A stretch of DNA of 64,000 nt from a virus: positions 1 to 64,000 of IMG/VR virus record IMGVR_UViG_3300045684_000009; one strand, 5' to 3'. The translations under genes were made by a program, and so were the position numbers. Under the pieces are notes generated by a model. That model was given only the letters and a program-made list of their open reading frames with translations, searched no databases and was not told where the DNA came from. Within the stretch, counting starts at the first letter, position 1; the number at the start of each line of letters is the position of its first letter. This document shows positions 49,102-58,173 of this stretch, one piece after another.

Positions 49102-49899
49102 ATGAAATATATTATAATATTTATGATAATGCTGTTCACTTTTGGTTGTACAAAAGATGATAGAGTGTTTCATAGAACTCCTGTAGTTCTTCCACAAGTG
49201 TCGAGTGAATATAGAGAGTGTTTGATACGGTATAAGAATTCATATTATGACAACAGTGATCTTGTGAATATTCGAATTAGAATAATAAACATACATGACG
49301 CAGGTATATCTTCTCTAGTGTCAACTAAGGCATCTTATACAAAAACGGTTGAAGACAGTTTAAATGCTAATTTTTACGAAGCGGGGTTTAAATTTTATGT
49401 AGCTAGTGAAGAACACAAATACACTGGTGAGACTATAAGTAGTTTTGCATTAAACGGGAATAAGTACAACAAATTAGGTGTCATAACTATTCTTGTATAT
49501 CATACTGAGCAAAGATTATATAATGGTATAGCTATGGGTGCACCGAGTACTTTAATAGGTGTACACGCTTCTAGGATGGGTTCTAAGACTTTACCACACG
49601 AAATGGGTCATGCCCTTGGTTTATTTCACACATTTGAACCAGATTCTTCAGACGGCAGTGGTGCAACGCTTGGTGACGGTATTTGTGATACACCAGCTTA
49701 TAATTTGATGGATTTATCAATCAACGATGACTGCGAACATGACGGTGGTACAATGTACACAGAAGAAGAATTAGAAATTATAATCCCAAACTATTTATCT
49801 TATACGGGTGAATGTAGAGAAAATCTAACACCCGTTCAAATACTTGTAACTAGGTGGTATATAACAAACGCTCCAATACTTACAGCATGCGTATATTAA
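49102..49899 (+). CDS. M43-like (pappalysin family) zinc metalloprotease lipoprotein
   Basis: HEMGHALGLFH, GDGICDTP, NYLSY; lipobox TFGC. Confidence 0.85.
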   Translation: MKYIIIFMIMLFTFGCTKDDRVFHRTPVVLPQVSSEYRECLIRYKNSYYDNSDLVNIRIRIINIHDAGISSLVSTKASYTKTVEDSLNANFYEAGFKFYVASEEHKYTGETISSFALNGNKYNKLGVITILVYHTEQRLYNGIAMGAPSTLIGVHASRMGSKTLPHEMGHALGLFHTFEPDSSDGSGATLGDGICDTPAYNLMDLSINDDCEHDGGTMYTEEELEIIIPNYLSYTGECRENLTPVQILVTRWYITNAPILTACVY

Positions 49900-50486
49900 T
49901 TTATATTTTATGTTTATTTGTTTTAGTAAGTTGTGCCGATAAACAAGCAGTAGATACTGTAGAGTTTGAGGATATGGCTTTCGATTATGCGGTGAACGGA
50001 TTTGACTCTAATGAAGAATTAGATGAAAGTTTGTTGATGCTGTATGATATGGCAAATAAATTACCAATAGATTATATATTTATACATTGTGCCGCAACAC
50101 CAGAAGGATTTGACGCTGATGCTGCGTTTTTTGAAAGAGTGTGGGAGAGTAGAGGTTGGAGGAATCCAGGATACCACATTATAATTCGATTAGACGGCTC
50201 TATTATATGGGCAGGAGATATAGAATGCGACGGTTTGTCATGGGATAATATAAGAAATGGAGTGAAAGGTAAGAACACTAGGTCGTTCCATATATCGTAT
50301 GTGGGTGGTGTAGATAAATATAGACGACCAAAAGATACAAGAACTCCTGAACAAAAACAAACTTTAAAGAATTCAGTAGACATACTTAAAATGTTATATC
50401 CAGATGCTGAAGTGTTAGGTCATAGAGACGCACCAGGTGTGAATAAAGCATGCCCTAGTTTCTCAGTAAAAGATGAATACAATTAG
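49887..50486 (+). CDS. N-acetylmuramoyl-L-alanine amidase (T7 lysozyme-like) with lipoprotein signal
   Basis: IFIHC, GYH, ISYVGG, GHRD...KACPSF; MRILIYILCLFVLVSC signal from ATG 49887. Confidence 0.88.
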   Translation: MRILIYILCLFVLVSCADKQAVDTVEFEDMAFDYAVNGFDSNEELDESLLMLYDMANKLPIDYIFIHCAATPEGFDADAAFFERVWESRGWRNPGYHIIIRLDGSIIWAGDIECDGLSWDNIRNGVKGKNTRSFHISYVGGVDKYRRPKDTRTPEQKQTLKNSVDILKMLYPDAEVLGHRDAPGVNKACPSFSVKDEYN

Positions 50487-50529
50487 TAAAAACTAATTTT
50501 ACTAGAGGTAAATATTAATTTAAAATTCG

Positions 50530-50537
50530 TATATTTG
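50530..50537 (+). promoter_or_regulatory. -7 box TATATTTG upstream of tail module
   Basis: consensus match in intergenic gap. Confidence 0.6.
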
Positions 50538-50639
50538 TTCTATTATTTTAACAAATAAACTTAATACATGTATAGAAGAGGAGGTATTGGGTGTGAATAA
50601 TAATAATAAACATATCTGTATAGGATATAAACTTAGAAA

Positions 50640-51362
50640 ATGGCTGATATTCGTAGTTATAGGGACTCAGTTGAGTACTTCAAACATGTACCTTTAGATT
50701 CATCGGGCTACCAGTCTGACGACTTGGGGTGGAGCGATAGAGTGATAGTAGAGCACCTATTAGATGTAAGAACTTCTGAGATAAAACAAAGACAACTAGT
50801 AGGTATACCTATCGATAAACACAACGAACAGACATTACCTTGTATTGAATTAGAAGAAGTAGACGCTGTAGATTGTCCTTGTCCACCTCCATCGGGGTGT
50901 ATTTGGTTAAAATCTAATGATATATTACCTAGAATGATATCTTTAACTTCCGTAAGTTCTATAGACGGAAGTATAAACTTTAACCCTGTGGATTGGACCA
51001 AGTTAAAGTATAAAGTTAATAGTAGAATTAAGTCCAATCAAAAAAAGAAATATTACACCACTAGAGACACAGGCGAAGGTACATATTTGTACATATTAAA
51101 CGATGATTTTCTTAAAGCGGTATCTCTTACTGCAATATTCGAAGACCCGTACTGTGCGTTTTCATTCCCTAAATGTGGAGAACAAAATATAGAAGCGTTG
51201 TGTAATCCTTGGAATGTTGACATCAAAACAGATAGGTCAATATTCGAGGCAATTATAAGAAAAGCGTGGCAAATATTGCTTTCCATAAGGTCTGCGGCTG
51301 GATCAGACACATATAATGATTCTCAAGACAATACTAAAAATGTGATTCAGCCTAAATTCTAA
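50640..51362 (+). CDS. tail ring protein
   Basis: QTLPCIELEEVD..DCPC..C, YLYI, AIFEDP; crAss-like synteny. Confidence 0.75.
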   Translation: MADIRSYRDSVEYFKHVPLDSSGYQSDDLGWSDRVIVEHLLDVRTSEIKQRQLVGIPIDKHNEQTLPCIELEEVDAVDCPCPPPSGCIWLKSNDILPRMISLTSVSSIDGSINFNPVDWTKLKYKVNSRIKSNQKKKYYTTRDTGEGTYLYILNDDFLKAVSLTAIFEDPYCAFSFPKCGEQNIEALCNPWNVDIKTDRSIFEAIIRKAWQILLSIRSAAGSDTYNDSQDNTKNVIQPKF

Positions 51363-51365
51363 AAC

Positions 51366-51830
51366 ATGGCTACCAATCCCGTAAAAAGTAGATACACTTT
51401 CACTCAGAAAGACTTCTATAAGAATTACAAAAAGAAATCAAACAACCCTGTAACATGGAAACAATATACAGGGTTTATTAGCGATTTCTTTGCTGAAATG
51501 CTTCGACAAGTTATATACGATCGTACTGACTTTAGATTCCCAATCAACTTAGGTTATATAACTTTAACTTCTAGGAAAATACCTATCAAACATAGGCATA
51601 TTAACATGCCGCATTTGAAAAAAACAGGTGAGAAAAAGCGTATACTTAGTTTAGAGACAGACGGTAGGTTTTATTCGTTAAAGTGGCGGACGTTTAGATG
51701 CAATCTGAAGAATAAAAGTTTATACCTACTTAAAACACCTCAGACTTCATGGACACGTAAGAATGCTAAGACTTCAATAAAGGAGTATATAAACACCACT
51801 CTTACTACTAACCAAAAACTATTACCATAG
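51366..51830 (+). CDS. IHF/HU-like protein
   Basis: FRFPINLGYI arm motif, between tail ring genes as in crAss-like phages. Confidence 0.65.
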   Translation: MATNPVKSRYTFTQKDFYKNYKKKSNNPVTWKQYTGFISDFFAEMLRQVIYDRTDFRFPINLGYITLTSRKIPIKHRHINMPHLKKTGEKKRILSLETDGRFYSLKWRTFRCNLKNKSLYLLKTPQTSWTRKNAKTSIKEYINTTLTTNQKLLP

Positions 51831-52891
51831 TGAGTAAACCTAACCAAAGATATATATCATTATCCACCGCAATTTCGGATTGGATAGAAGATTATCAGTT
51901 TGATGAACCAATCGAAGAAGAGATTCTTACGAAATGGATTACTGATATACTTCGACAAATGCAGGTAGAAAACTTGCTAAACAATAAAATAACAATATTA
52001 GATGTAGATGGTTATAAAGCTGTACTTCCTGAAGACTTAAGAATGGTTTGTGAAGTTGCTTATAGATTAGAACCCCCAAAATGCGGTCCTAAAGAGAGAC
52101 TTGATAAAGTTACTCAATGGGTGCAGGGGACTGATGAAGGTTGTGAGTTAGAGATTAACGTGAATTGTCCTGATTGTCACAAAACAGGATGTAAAGAAGT
52201 TGGGCAAAACTATGTTGAAGTTAATGTAGACAAGCTGTGGGAGTTACAAAATCCTCACATGTTCAGTCAATATTCTTCTAAATTTGCAACTGTATCTAGA
52301 TTTGGATATGGTAAAAGTACATACACCCCCGATTTCAAATTACTAAAGTATGGGGGAGGTAATCCTTGGAATAATTCTAAATTACATTTATCTGATTGTG
52401 CAAATGTGCACTGTCATGATTGTGAGCACACTTATGATTTTAATACTAACAACATCGAGGTAAGTTTTAAGAAAGGTGAGGTGTTAATAAGTTACATGGC
52501 TGTAGCTCTTGATGAAAAAGGTGATATGTTAATCCTTGATGATTCGGATGTATTAGAAGCGGTATCTGATTATGTATTATATAAATACATGAGAAAGATG
52601 TATTTTAAAGAAGTAAAGAGTAGAGGGAATAAAGATTCTAACTTCTACAGGGCGTATAAAGACTCTGAACAGTCTCATTATAGGTCTTTAGCTAGAGCTA
52701 GGTCTAAACTCACTATCCCTTCTTATTTGGATTGGATAGACTTCTTAAAATCTAATAAATACCACAAAATAGATAATGCTTATAGTAATATATTAGATGG
52801 TAAGAGTTATCAAAGTAGGTCTGGTAAACATTATGGAAGAACTACGGCAGGGTTAACTAATAGAAACGTGTATAAAGATAAAAGAAACTAA
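51830..52891 (+). CDS. tail tubular / ring protein 1
   Basis: YKAVLPEDL, G.V.ISY.A...DE.G motifs; precedes muzzle gene. Confidence 0.7.
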   Translation: MSKPNQRYISLSTAISDWIEDYQFDEPIEEEILTKWITDILRQMQVENLLNNKITILDVDGYKAVLPEDLRMVCEVAYRLEPPKCGPKERLDKVTQWVQGTDEGCELEINVNCPDCHKTGCKEVGQNYVEVNVDKLWELQNPHMFSQYSSKFATVSRFGYGKSTYTPDFKLLKYGGGNPWNNSKLHLSDCANVHCHDCEHTYDFNTNNIEVSFKKGEVLISYMAVALDEKGDMLILDDSDVLEAVSDYVLYKYMRKMYFKEVKSRGNKDSNFYRAYKDSEQSHYRSLARARSKLTIPSYLDWIDFLKSNKYHKIDNAYSNILDGKSYQSRSGKHYGRTTAGLTNRNVYKDKRN

Positions 52892-55800
52892 TGGGTTCAC
52901 CCAAACTAACTAGAAATGGATTTACAGGTAGCATGGTACAAGATAGTGCTCCTTGGATGGCGTCTCCTGAATCGTGGGAGTACGCTTTAAATGCTTTACA
53001 CAAGAGTAGAGACTCTAAAGGTTTTGGGTTAGTTAACGAAGAATCAAATGAACTTTGTGCTAGTTTCGGAGGTAGAATAGTTGGAGCAACATTTATTGAT
53101 GAAAGAAATCAAACTCTTATATTTACTGAAAATGATGAACTTTGGTTGTTAGGTAATGACACTTGTAAAAGTAAATTCGTAGTAAGTGCAGGTGAATTTG
53201 GATGTGAGTGGAATTTAGGAGCGTGTGAGTATCACTATGCTGAACTAAAACCACAAAATGCGTGTAATGAGTTGCATGCATATTTCAGTTCAAAGTGTGA
53301 GTATTTTGTAGTCAACATCGATGAGATGTTAGACAGTGCTAGAAAAGAAGCTATAAAAGCTAATTTCAAAGAAATTGAAGACGCTAACAGTTGTGAATAC
53401 AGTTGTGAGTATTTTAAGCTTTTCAAATGTGTATGTACTCCAAAGTTGAGTCCGATAGTAAGACAAAAAGGTGGTCATAGGTTGCAAGCTGGTGCTTACC
53501 AGTTCGCTGTACAACTAGAAGATAATCACGGTAATACAAGTAATTGGAGTTTTATATCTGAACCTACTTATGTATCAGGACCAGATAATATCGCGGGGGA
53601 GCTTTCTTCAGACGCTATATCTGTAAATATAAGTTGCTTAGACTGTAGATACGATAAAGTACGTATAGCTGTTATTAGTAATGTAGGTAACGTACAAGAT
53701 GTTACAATATTACCGTCCCAACACTATAACTCAAAAGGTATTGAGTTCATATATTATGGGCAACAAGGTAAGACTGTAGATTTAGATGAAATAACTACCA
53801 AGCATAAGAAATATTTAAGAGGTCAGGATTTAGTACAAGAAGACGGTAGACTTTGGTTGTATAACATTAGACAAGAGAGAAATCTTCACTACCAACCTAG
53901 AGCTTGGGGTATTAATGTTGAAATACAACCGTACGAAGTTACTGCAGAACAGCAAGCTAAATATCAATACCGATCGTTAATGAGAGGTGAGAGATATATG
54001 TTTGGTATTGTTTGGCAATATTGTGACGGTACGTCTTCTGTAGTATTCCCACTCTCACCTACAGGTGGCGGTGGAGCAGAAGGTTATGGAAACGGACAAG
54101 AACAATTTAGAAGTATAGACGATGACCCTACACCACCTAGTCAACCAGATCCTGAGAATCCAGATATTGGAGATGGGGGAGCATCTGAGAATGGTGGCGG
54201 TATAGGTTCTACATTTAATATATCAGCGTTCGAATTTATAGAACCTGAATATTGTAGAAAGAAAGGACATCAAACTCGTACAGAAGGACAAGATGGAAAT
54301 GTGCAGGAGTACCCCAATAGTGGAACTACTCCTATACCCGATAGTGATATAAACAATCAGATCATTGAGATGGAGATTTACGAACAAGTGCAAGCTTGGG
54401 CTACCGATCTTAAAGATTACGAAGATTCTACTAAATGTGATGATTGTAAAGAGTGTTATTGCCCTGATTTTGAAAGGGATGAAGATGGTAACCCTATATT
54501 CCCAGAAGACTGTTGTACAGGATGTTGTGAGGGTGGAGATTGTTCAGGTTGTTTTGAGGACACCGAAGCTGTAAATAGTGATGGTCCTAGATTTGAAGAA
54601 GTAGTAGACACTTGGTTAGATAATGTTAGTGAATTAGCTAACGAGAAAATGATAAAACCTGATGAGGTCGATTCTAGATGTCCAGATATACCTGAGACAG
54701 ATGCTCACCCTACATCAAGTCTTAAAGCTGCAGCAGAGCAGTTGATAAGAATAGGTGTTAATGAAGCTGAGTATTTTGAACCATTGAAGGGTAGACTAAT
54801 AGGTGCAACTAAAAGTCAAACAACACCTTCAGGTGCTCAAGAAACAGTTATATCAGCTCGAGTTACTGGCGAAGACGGATCGTATAGTGGCGACGATGGT
54901 ACTGTAAGAGGTCATCAATATACTGACTGTAACGGTCATAACCTCACAGAAGAGTCACCTAGAGCGTTGTCTCCTATGAGTTTTATACCTTATTTTACAG
55001 CAGACACTATATATCCTGATACAATCGATTGCGGTGGTAATCCTCTGTGGGGTTCTAAAGCTAACAGTAATGTAGAATTATTTGAAGTACCTGGTGAAGA
55101 TGTCTTACCTTGTTTTAGAGGTTTTCAAGACAGTGCAGTCGGGCCTTGGACAAAAGATGGTGATGAACTATCTAATGGTTACGTAATATTACTAGGGTTA
55201 AAGGTTTCAGGTATTCCTATTCCTGACCCTGAAGAATTACCTAAACCGTTGTGTCCTACTCAACCATATAGAATAGTAATGATCCCTCGCGATCATATAA
55301 ATAAAAGAGTGGCGGCTAAGGGATTGGCAACTTCTACATTTATAGGAAATGTAAGGGGAGCTGCTCACGCTGTACCTAGACATGGTGTTAATTCAATGGA
55401 GACTATAGATGCTCACATTGACGATAATGGTTCAAGATTGGGTAGTGGAAATGCGCCTGGTTATAACTTCCATTCATTAGATACATCTATGCAAAGTATA
55501 ATGTTAGATGTTGATACCGTAGTTGCTGAAAGGTTTAGGTCTGGTAACGGGTCAAGACATGGTTTATACGCCATAGGTCGAGACCCTGAAGATTCTTATA
55601 ACGGTAGTAGAGTAGATCAAAGGGGTGCTCGTACATCGATTAATTTAAATATGTCAACTGCAGCAGGAGCAGAACAAAATGTAAACGGTATAACGTATGC
55701 ACCTGCAAACAGTGTTGTAACAAATCCTTTAGGTATAACTTATCCACTCTTAAACATGATGAGGGAGTCGAGTGTGTATTTTGAGCCTGGAGGAAGTCTA

Positions 55801-58173
55801 CCTGGGTTACCTTATAATTTAGGTAAAGGTGGTGGACAAGCGGATGTATCTTTCGTGGGAGACGGGATGCAGCATGCAGTTCCTGTAACTCACGCATCAG
55901 CTTGGTATGTTTCATTACGTAGAAACGTTCCAAATCAATATGGGGATATTGCTGGTGCTAGGTTTATAGATACGGGACTTGTAGCAGGGAAGAATAATAG
56001 AAATCAAATCGCAGGTATTTGTGGTGATATATTTATAGGACCACATAGTTTTAAAAGAACGGGATATGTATCGAATAAAGTAGGGGACTTTCACGATACA
56101 GCAAGAGGTCCACGTACAGTGTGTGACCCACCTGATGATAAGATATTTCAACAACTCGGTCAATGGTTTCATACGAAGTTACCAATAGACAGAGACTTAA
56201 CTGATGCAAAGAATTATTGTAGTTTACATCGAGGTAAGGATTGGCAAGACTCTAGAGCTGCGGATGGTCCAGAAGAGGAATATTACTATCCAAGAACTCA
56301 ATCCACTCTAATAACATATTGGGGTGAATTTGAAGTCAATCCGTATAAAAGGGCTACAGGGAAAGGAGACCCTCAACAAACGGGTGAAGTTTATTACCCT
56401 AAATTGAAAGGTCTCCACCTCGATTCTAACGCACCTACCCAACAACCTTGGGAAGACAGTTGGATGAATAGGTTTTATTGTAGAGTACAACAACCTTCTT
56501 TAAGAGCGAAAGCACTTAAAGTTTTGATTCGCACCGCTTTAGATATAATACTTCCAGCGATAGGTGTATCTCAAGTTATAAATATGGAGGGTGTACCTGA
56601 TATTACAGGTGGGTTCTTCGTAGCACCTATTTTGATTGCATTGTGGTGGTTCGCTAATCGAGTACTATTTAGAGAAGATAGAATCGATAACATGTTAGGT
56701 ATTCCTAGATGTAAGACAGATTCCGAGGGTGGTGAAATGGAAGATTGCGTAACGGGATTTGAGGATAATTACTACTCATATTCTATGGATTTCAATAAGC
56801 AGAATGATGAGAATATATGGTTCAGTATGAATGACCTGTATAACACTTGTGATTGTGATGATTGTGAATTAGGACAAACAACCAACGAAGTGTTCTATTC
56901 TAATAAACAATTATTAGGAAGTGATATAGATGCTTATAGAAACTTTCAATCAGAAGCTTTTGTAGAAATACCAGCGCATGCAGGGCAACTTAAGAAGATG
57001 TTCAAGTTTAATGGTCAATTCTTTGCCCACACAACCGAAGGTCTTCATATTATAAAGTATCAACCTAAGAATATAGATAACGCAAGTGGGTTTTCATATT
57101 TAGGTGGTGACTTGTTAATCAGACCTTTCCAATTATTAGAAGGAGTTCCTGAAGGTTTTGCGGGGATATCAGACCCTAACAGTGCTATATTAACTAAGTT
57201 TGGTTATTTCTTTGTAGATAATGAAGCTAGAAAAGTATATCACTATAATGGTACGGGTATACCTAAAGATATTACTACACAAGGTATGGAGTTATTCTTT
57301 AAGCAAAGTTTAGACTTCTGTGATAAAGTATCATGTAGAGATGAGAAAACACCAGGTGGTATGTATTATTCACTAGGTTACGACCCTAGATATGATCGAA
57401 TATTACTCACTAAGAAGGACGGAAGTGGTTGTAATAGTTTTACTATATCGTATTCTCCTGAGATTAATCAAGGAAAAGGTGGATGGGTTAGTTTCCATTC
57501 ATACATGCCTCAAGCTTATTTGTGGGATAGACATGATATGTATTCTATAGTTGGAAGTGAAGTTTGGAAACATAACGTTGCAGGAAGTTATCAAACTTTC
57601 TATGGCGATTATAATCCTCACTTAATCCAGTTTACCGCTATACCTTCAGCTAAAGGTCTTCAAATGAAACCTTTTACATATGAGAGAACTACGTTAAGAA
57701 CTGAAGTTGAGAAAGCATCAGGTGGTGACTATATAAGAGATATAGATGACACATTTAACAAGATGGCAATGTTCAATCATACACAAGGTACAGGTACAGT
57801 ATGGTTAGAAAGAATAGGTGATAACTTTGGAGATGATGAAAATCAAAGAAATAAGTTAATGGAAAAAGAAGCGTCAATACGTGCGCAGAAGAACCATAGA
57901 GAGTGGGATATAAACCAAGCTCAAGATTATAAGTTAATAGACTGTAGAAGAGACCCTTCTGTGGTGAGGGATTGTGAGTGTCAAGCTATTCCTAATATAA
58001 ACGAAAACGTATACGATTGTAAAGTACCAATTACTAACAATCACTTTAGAAATAAGAATTTAAGCGACGATCATTTGACATATAGGTTTATTAAAGATGA
58101 TAATAAATCAGATCAGAGAATCAAGACTATTTACGTAGAAACTTATGGCAACTCAACGGAAAAAGAAGATTAA
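52891..58173 (+). CDS. tail stabilization / muzzle protein
   Basis: 1760 aa; YALNA, NEESNELC, G.YQFA, RGERY.FGIV, WVSFHSY.P motifs. Confidence 0.82.
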   Translation: MGSPKLTRNGFTGSMVQDSAPWMASPESWEYALNALHKSRDSKGFGLVNEESNELCASFGGRIVGATFIDERNQTLIFTENDELWLLGNDTCKSKFVVSAGEFGCEWNLGACEYHYAELKPQNACNELHAYFSSKCEYFVVNIDEMLDSARKEAIKANFKEIEDANSCEYSCEYFKLFKCVCTPKLSPIVRQKGGHRLQAGAYQFAVQLEDNHGNTSNWSFISEPTYVSGPDNIAGELSSDAISVNISCLDCRYDKVRIAVISNVGNVQDVTILPSQHYNSKGIEFIYYGQQGKTVDLDEITTKHKKYLRGQDLVQEDGRLWLYNIRQERNLHYQPRAWGINVEIQPYEVTAEQQAKYQYRSLMRGERYMFGIVWQYCDGTSSVVFPLSPTGGGGAEGYGNGQEQFRSIDDDPTPPSQPDPENPDIGDGGASENGGGIGSTFNISAFEFIEPEYCRKKGHQTRTEGQDGNVQEYPNSGTTPIPDSDINNQIIEMEIYEQVQAWATDLKDYEDSTKCDDCKECYCPDFERDEDGNPIFPEDCCTGCCEGGDCSGCFEDTEAVNSDGPRFEEVVDTWLDNVSELANEKMIKPDEVDSRCPDIPETDAHPTSSLKAAAEQLIRIGVNEAEYFEPLKGRLIGATKSQTTPSGAQETVISARVTGEDGSYSGDDGTVRGHQYTDCNGHNLTEESPRALSPMSFIPYFTADTIYPDTIDCGGNPLWGSKANSNVELFEVPGEDVLPCFRGFQDSAVGPWTKDGDELSNGYVILLGLKVSGIPIPDPEELPKPLCPTQPYRIVMIPRDHINKRVAAKGLATSTFIGNVRGAAHAVPRHGVNSMETIDAHIDDNGSRLGSGNAPGYNFHSLDTSMQSIMLDVDTVVAERFRSGNGSRHGLYAIGRDPEDSYNGSRVDQRGARTSINLNMSTAAGAEQNVNGITYAPANSVVTNPLGITYPLLNMMRESSVYFEPGGSLPGLPYNLGKGGGQADVSFVGDGMQHAVPVTHASAWYVSLRRNVPNQYGDIAGARFIDTGLVAGKNNRNQIAGICGDIFIGPHSFKRTGYVSNKVGDFHDTARGPRTVCDPPDDKIFQQLGQWFHTKLPIDRDLTDAKNYCSLHRGKDWQDSRAADGPEEEYYYPRTQSTLITYWGEFEVNPYKRATGKGDPQQTGEVYYPKLKGLHLDSNAPTQQPWEDSWMNRFYCRVQQPSLRAKALKVLIRTALDIILPAIGVSQVINMEGVPDITGGFFVAPILIALWWFANRVLFREDRIDNMLGIPRCKTDSEGGEMEDCVTGFEDNYYSYSMDFNKQNDENIWFSMNDLYNTCDCDDCELGQTTNEVFYSNKQLLGSDIDAYRNFQSEAFVEIPAHAGQLKKMFKFNGQFFAHTTEGLHIIKYQPKNIDNASGFSYLGGDLLIRPFQLLEGVPEGFAGISDPNSAILTKFGYFFVDNEARKVYHYNGTGIPKDITTQGMELFFKQSLDFCDKVSCRDEKTPGGMYYSLGYDPRYDRILLTKKDGSGCNSFTISYSPEINQGKGGWVSFHSYMPQAYLWDRHDMYSIVGSEVWKHNVAGSYQTFYGDYNPHLIQFTAIPSAKGLQMKPFTYERTTLRTEVEKASGGDYIRDIDDTFNKMAMFNHTQGTGTVWLERIGDNFGDDENQRNKLMEKEASIRAQKNHREWDINQAQDYKLIDCRRDPSVVRDCECQAIPNINENVYDCKVPITNNHFRNKNLSDDHLTYRFIKDDNKSDQRIKTIYVETYGNSTEKED

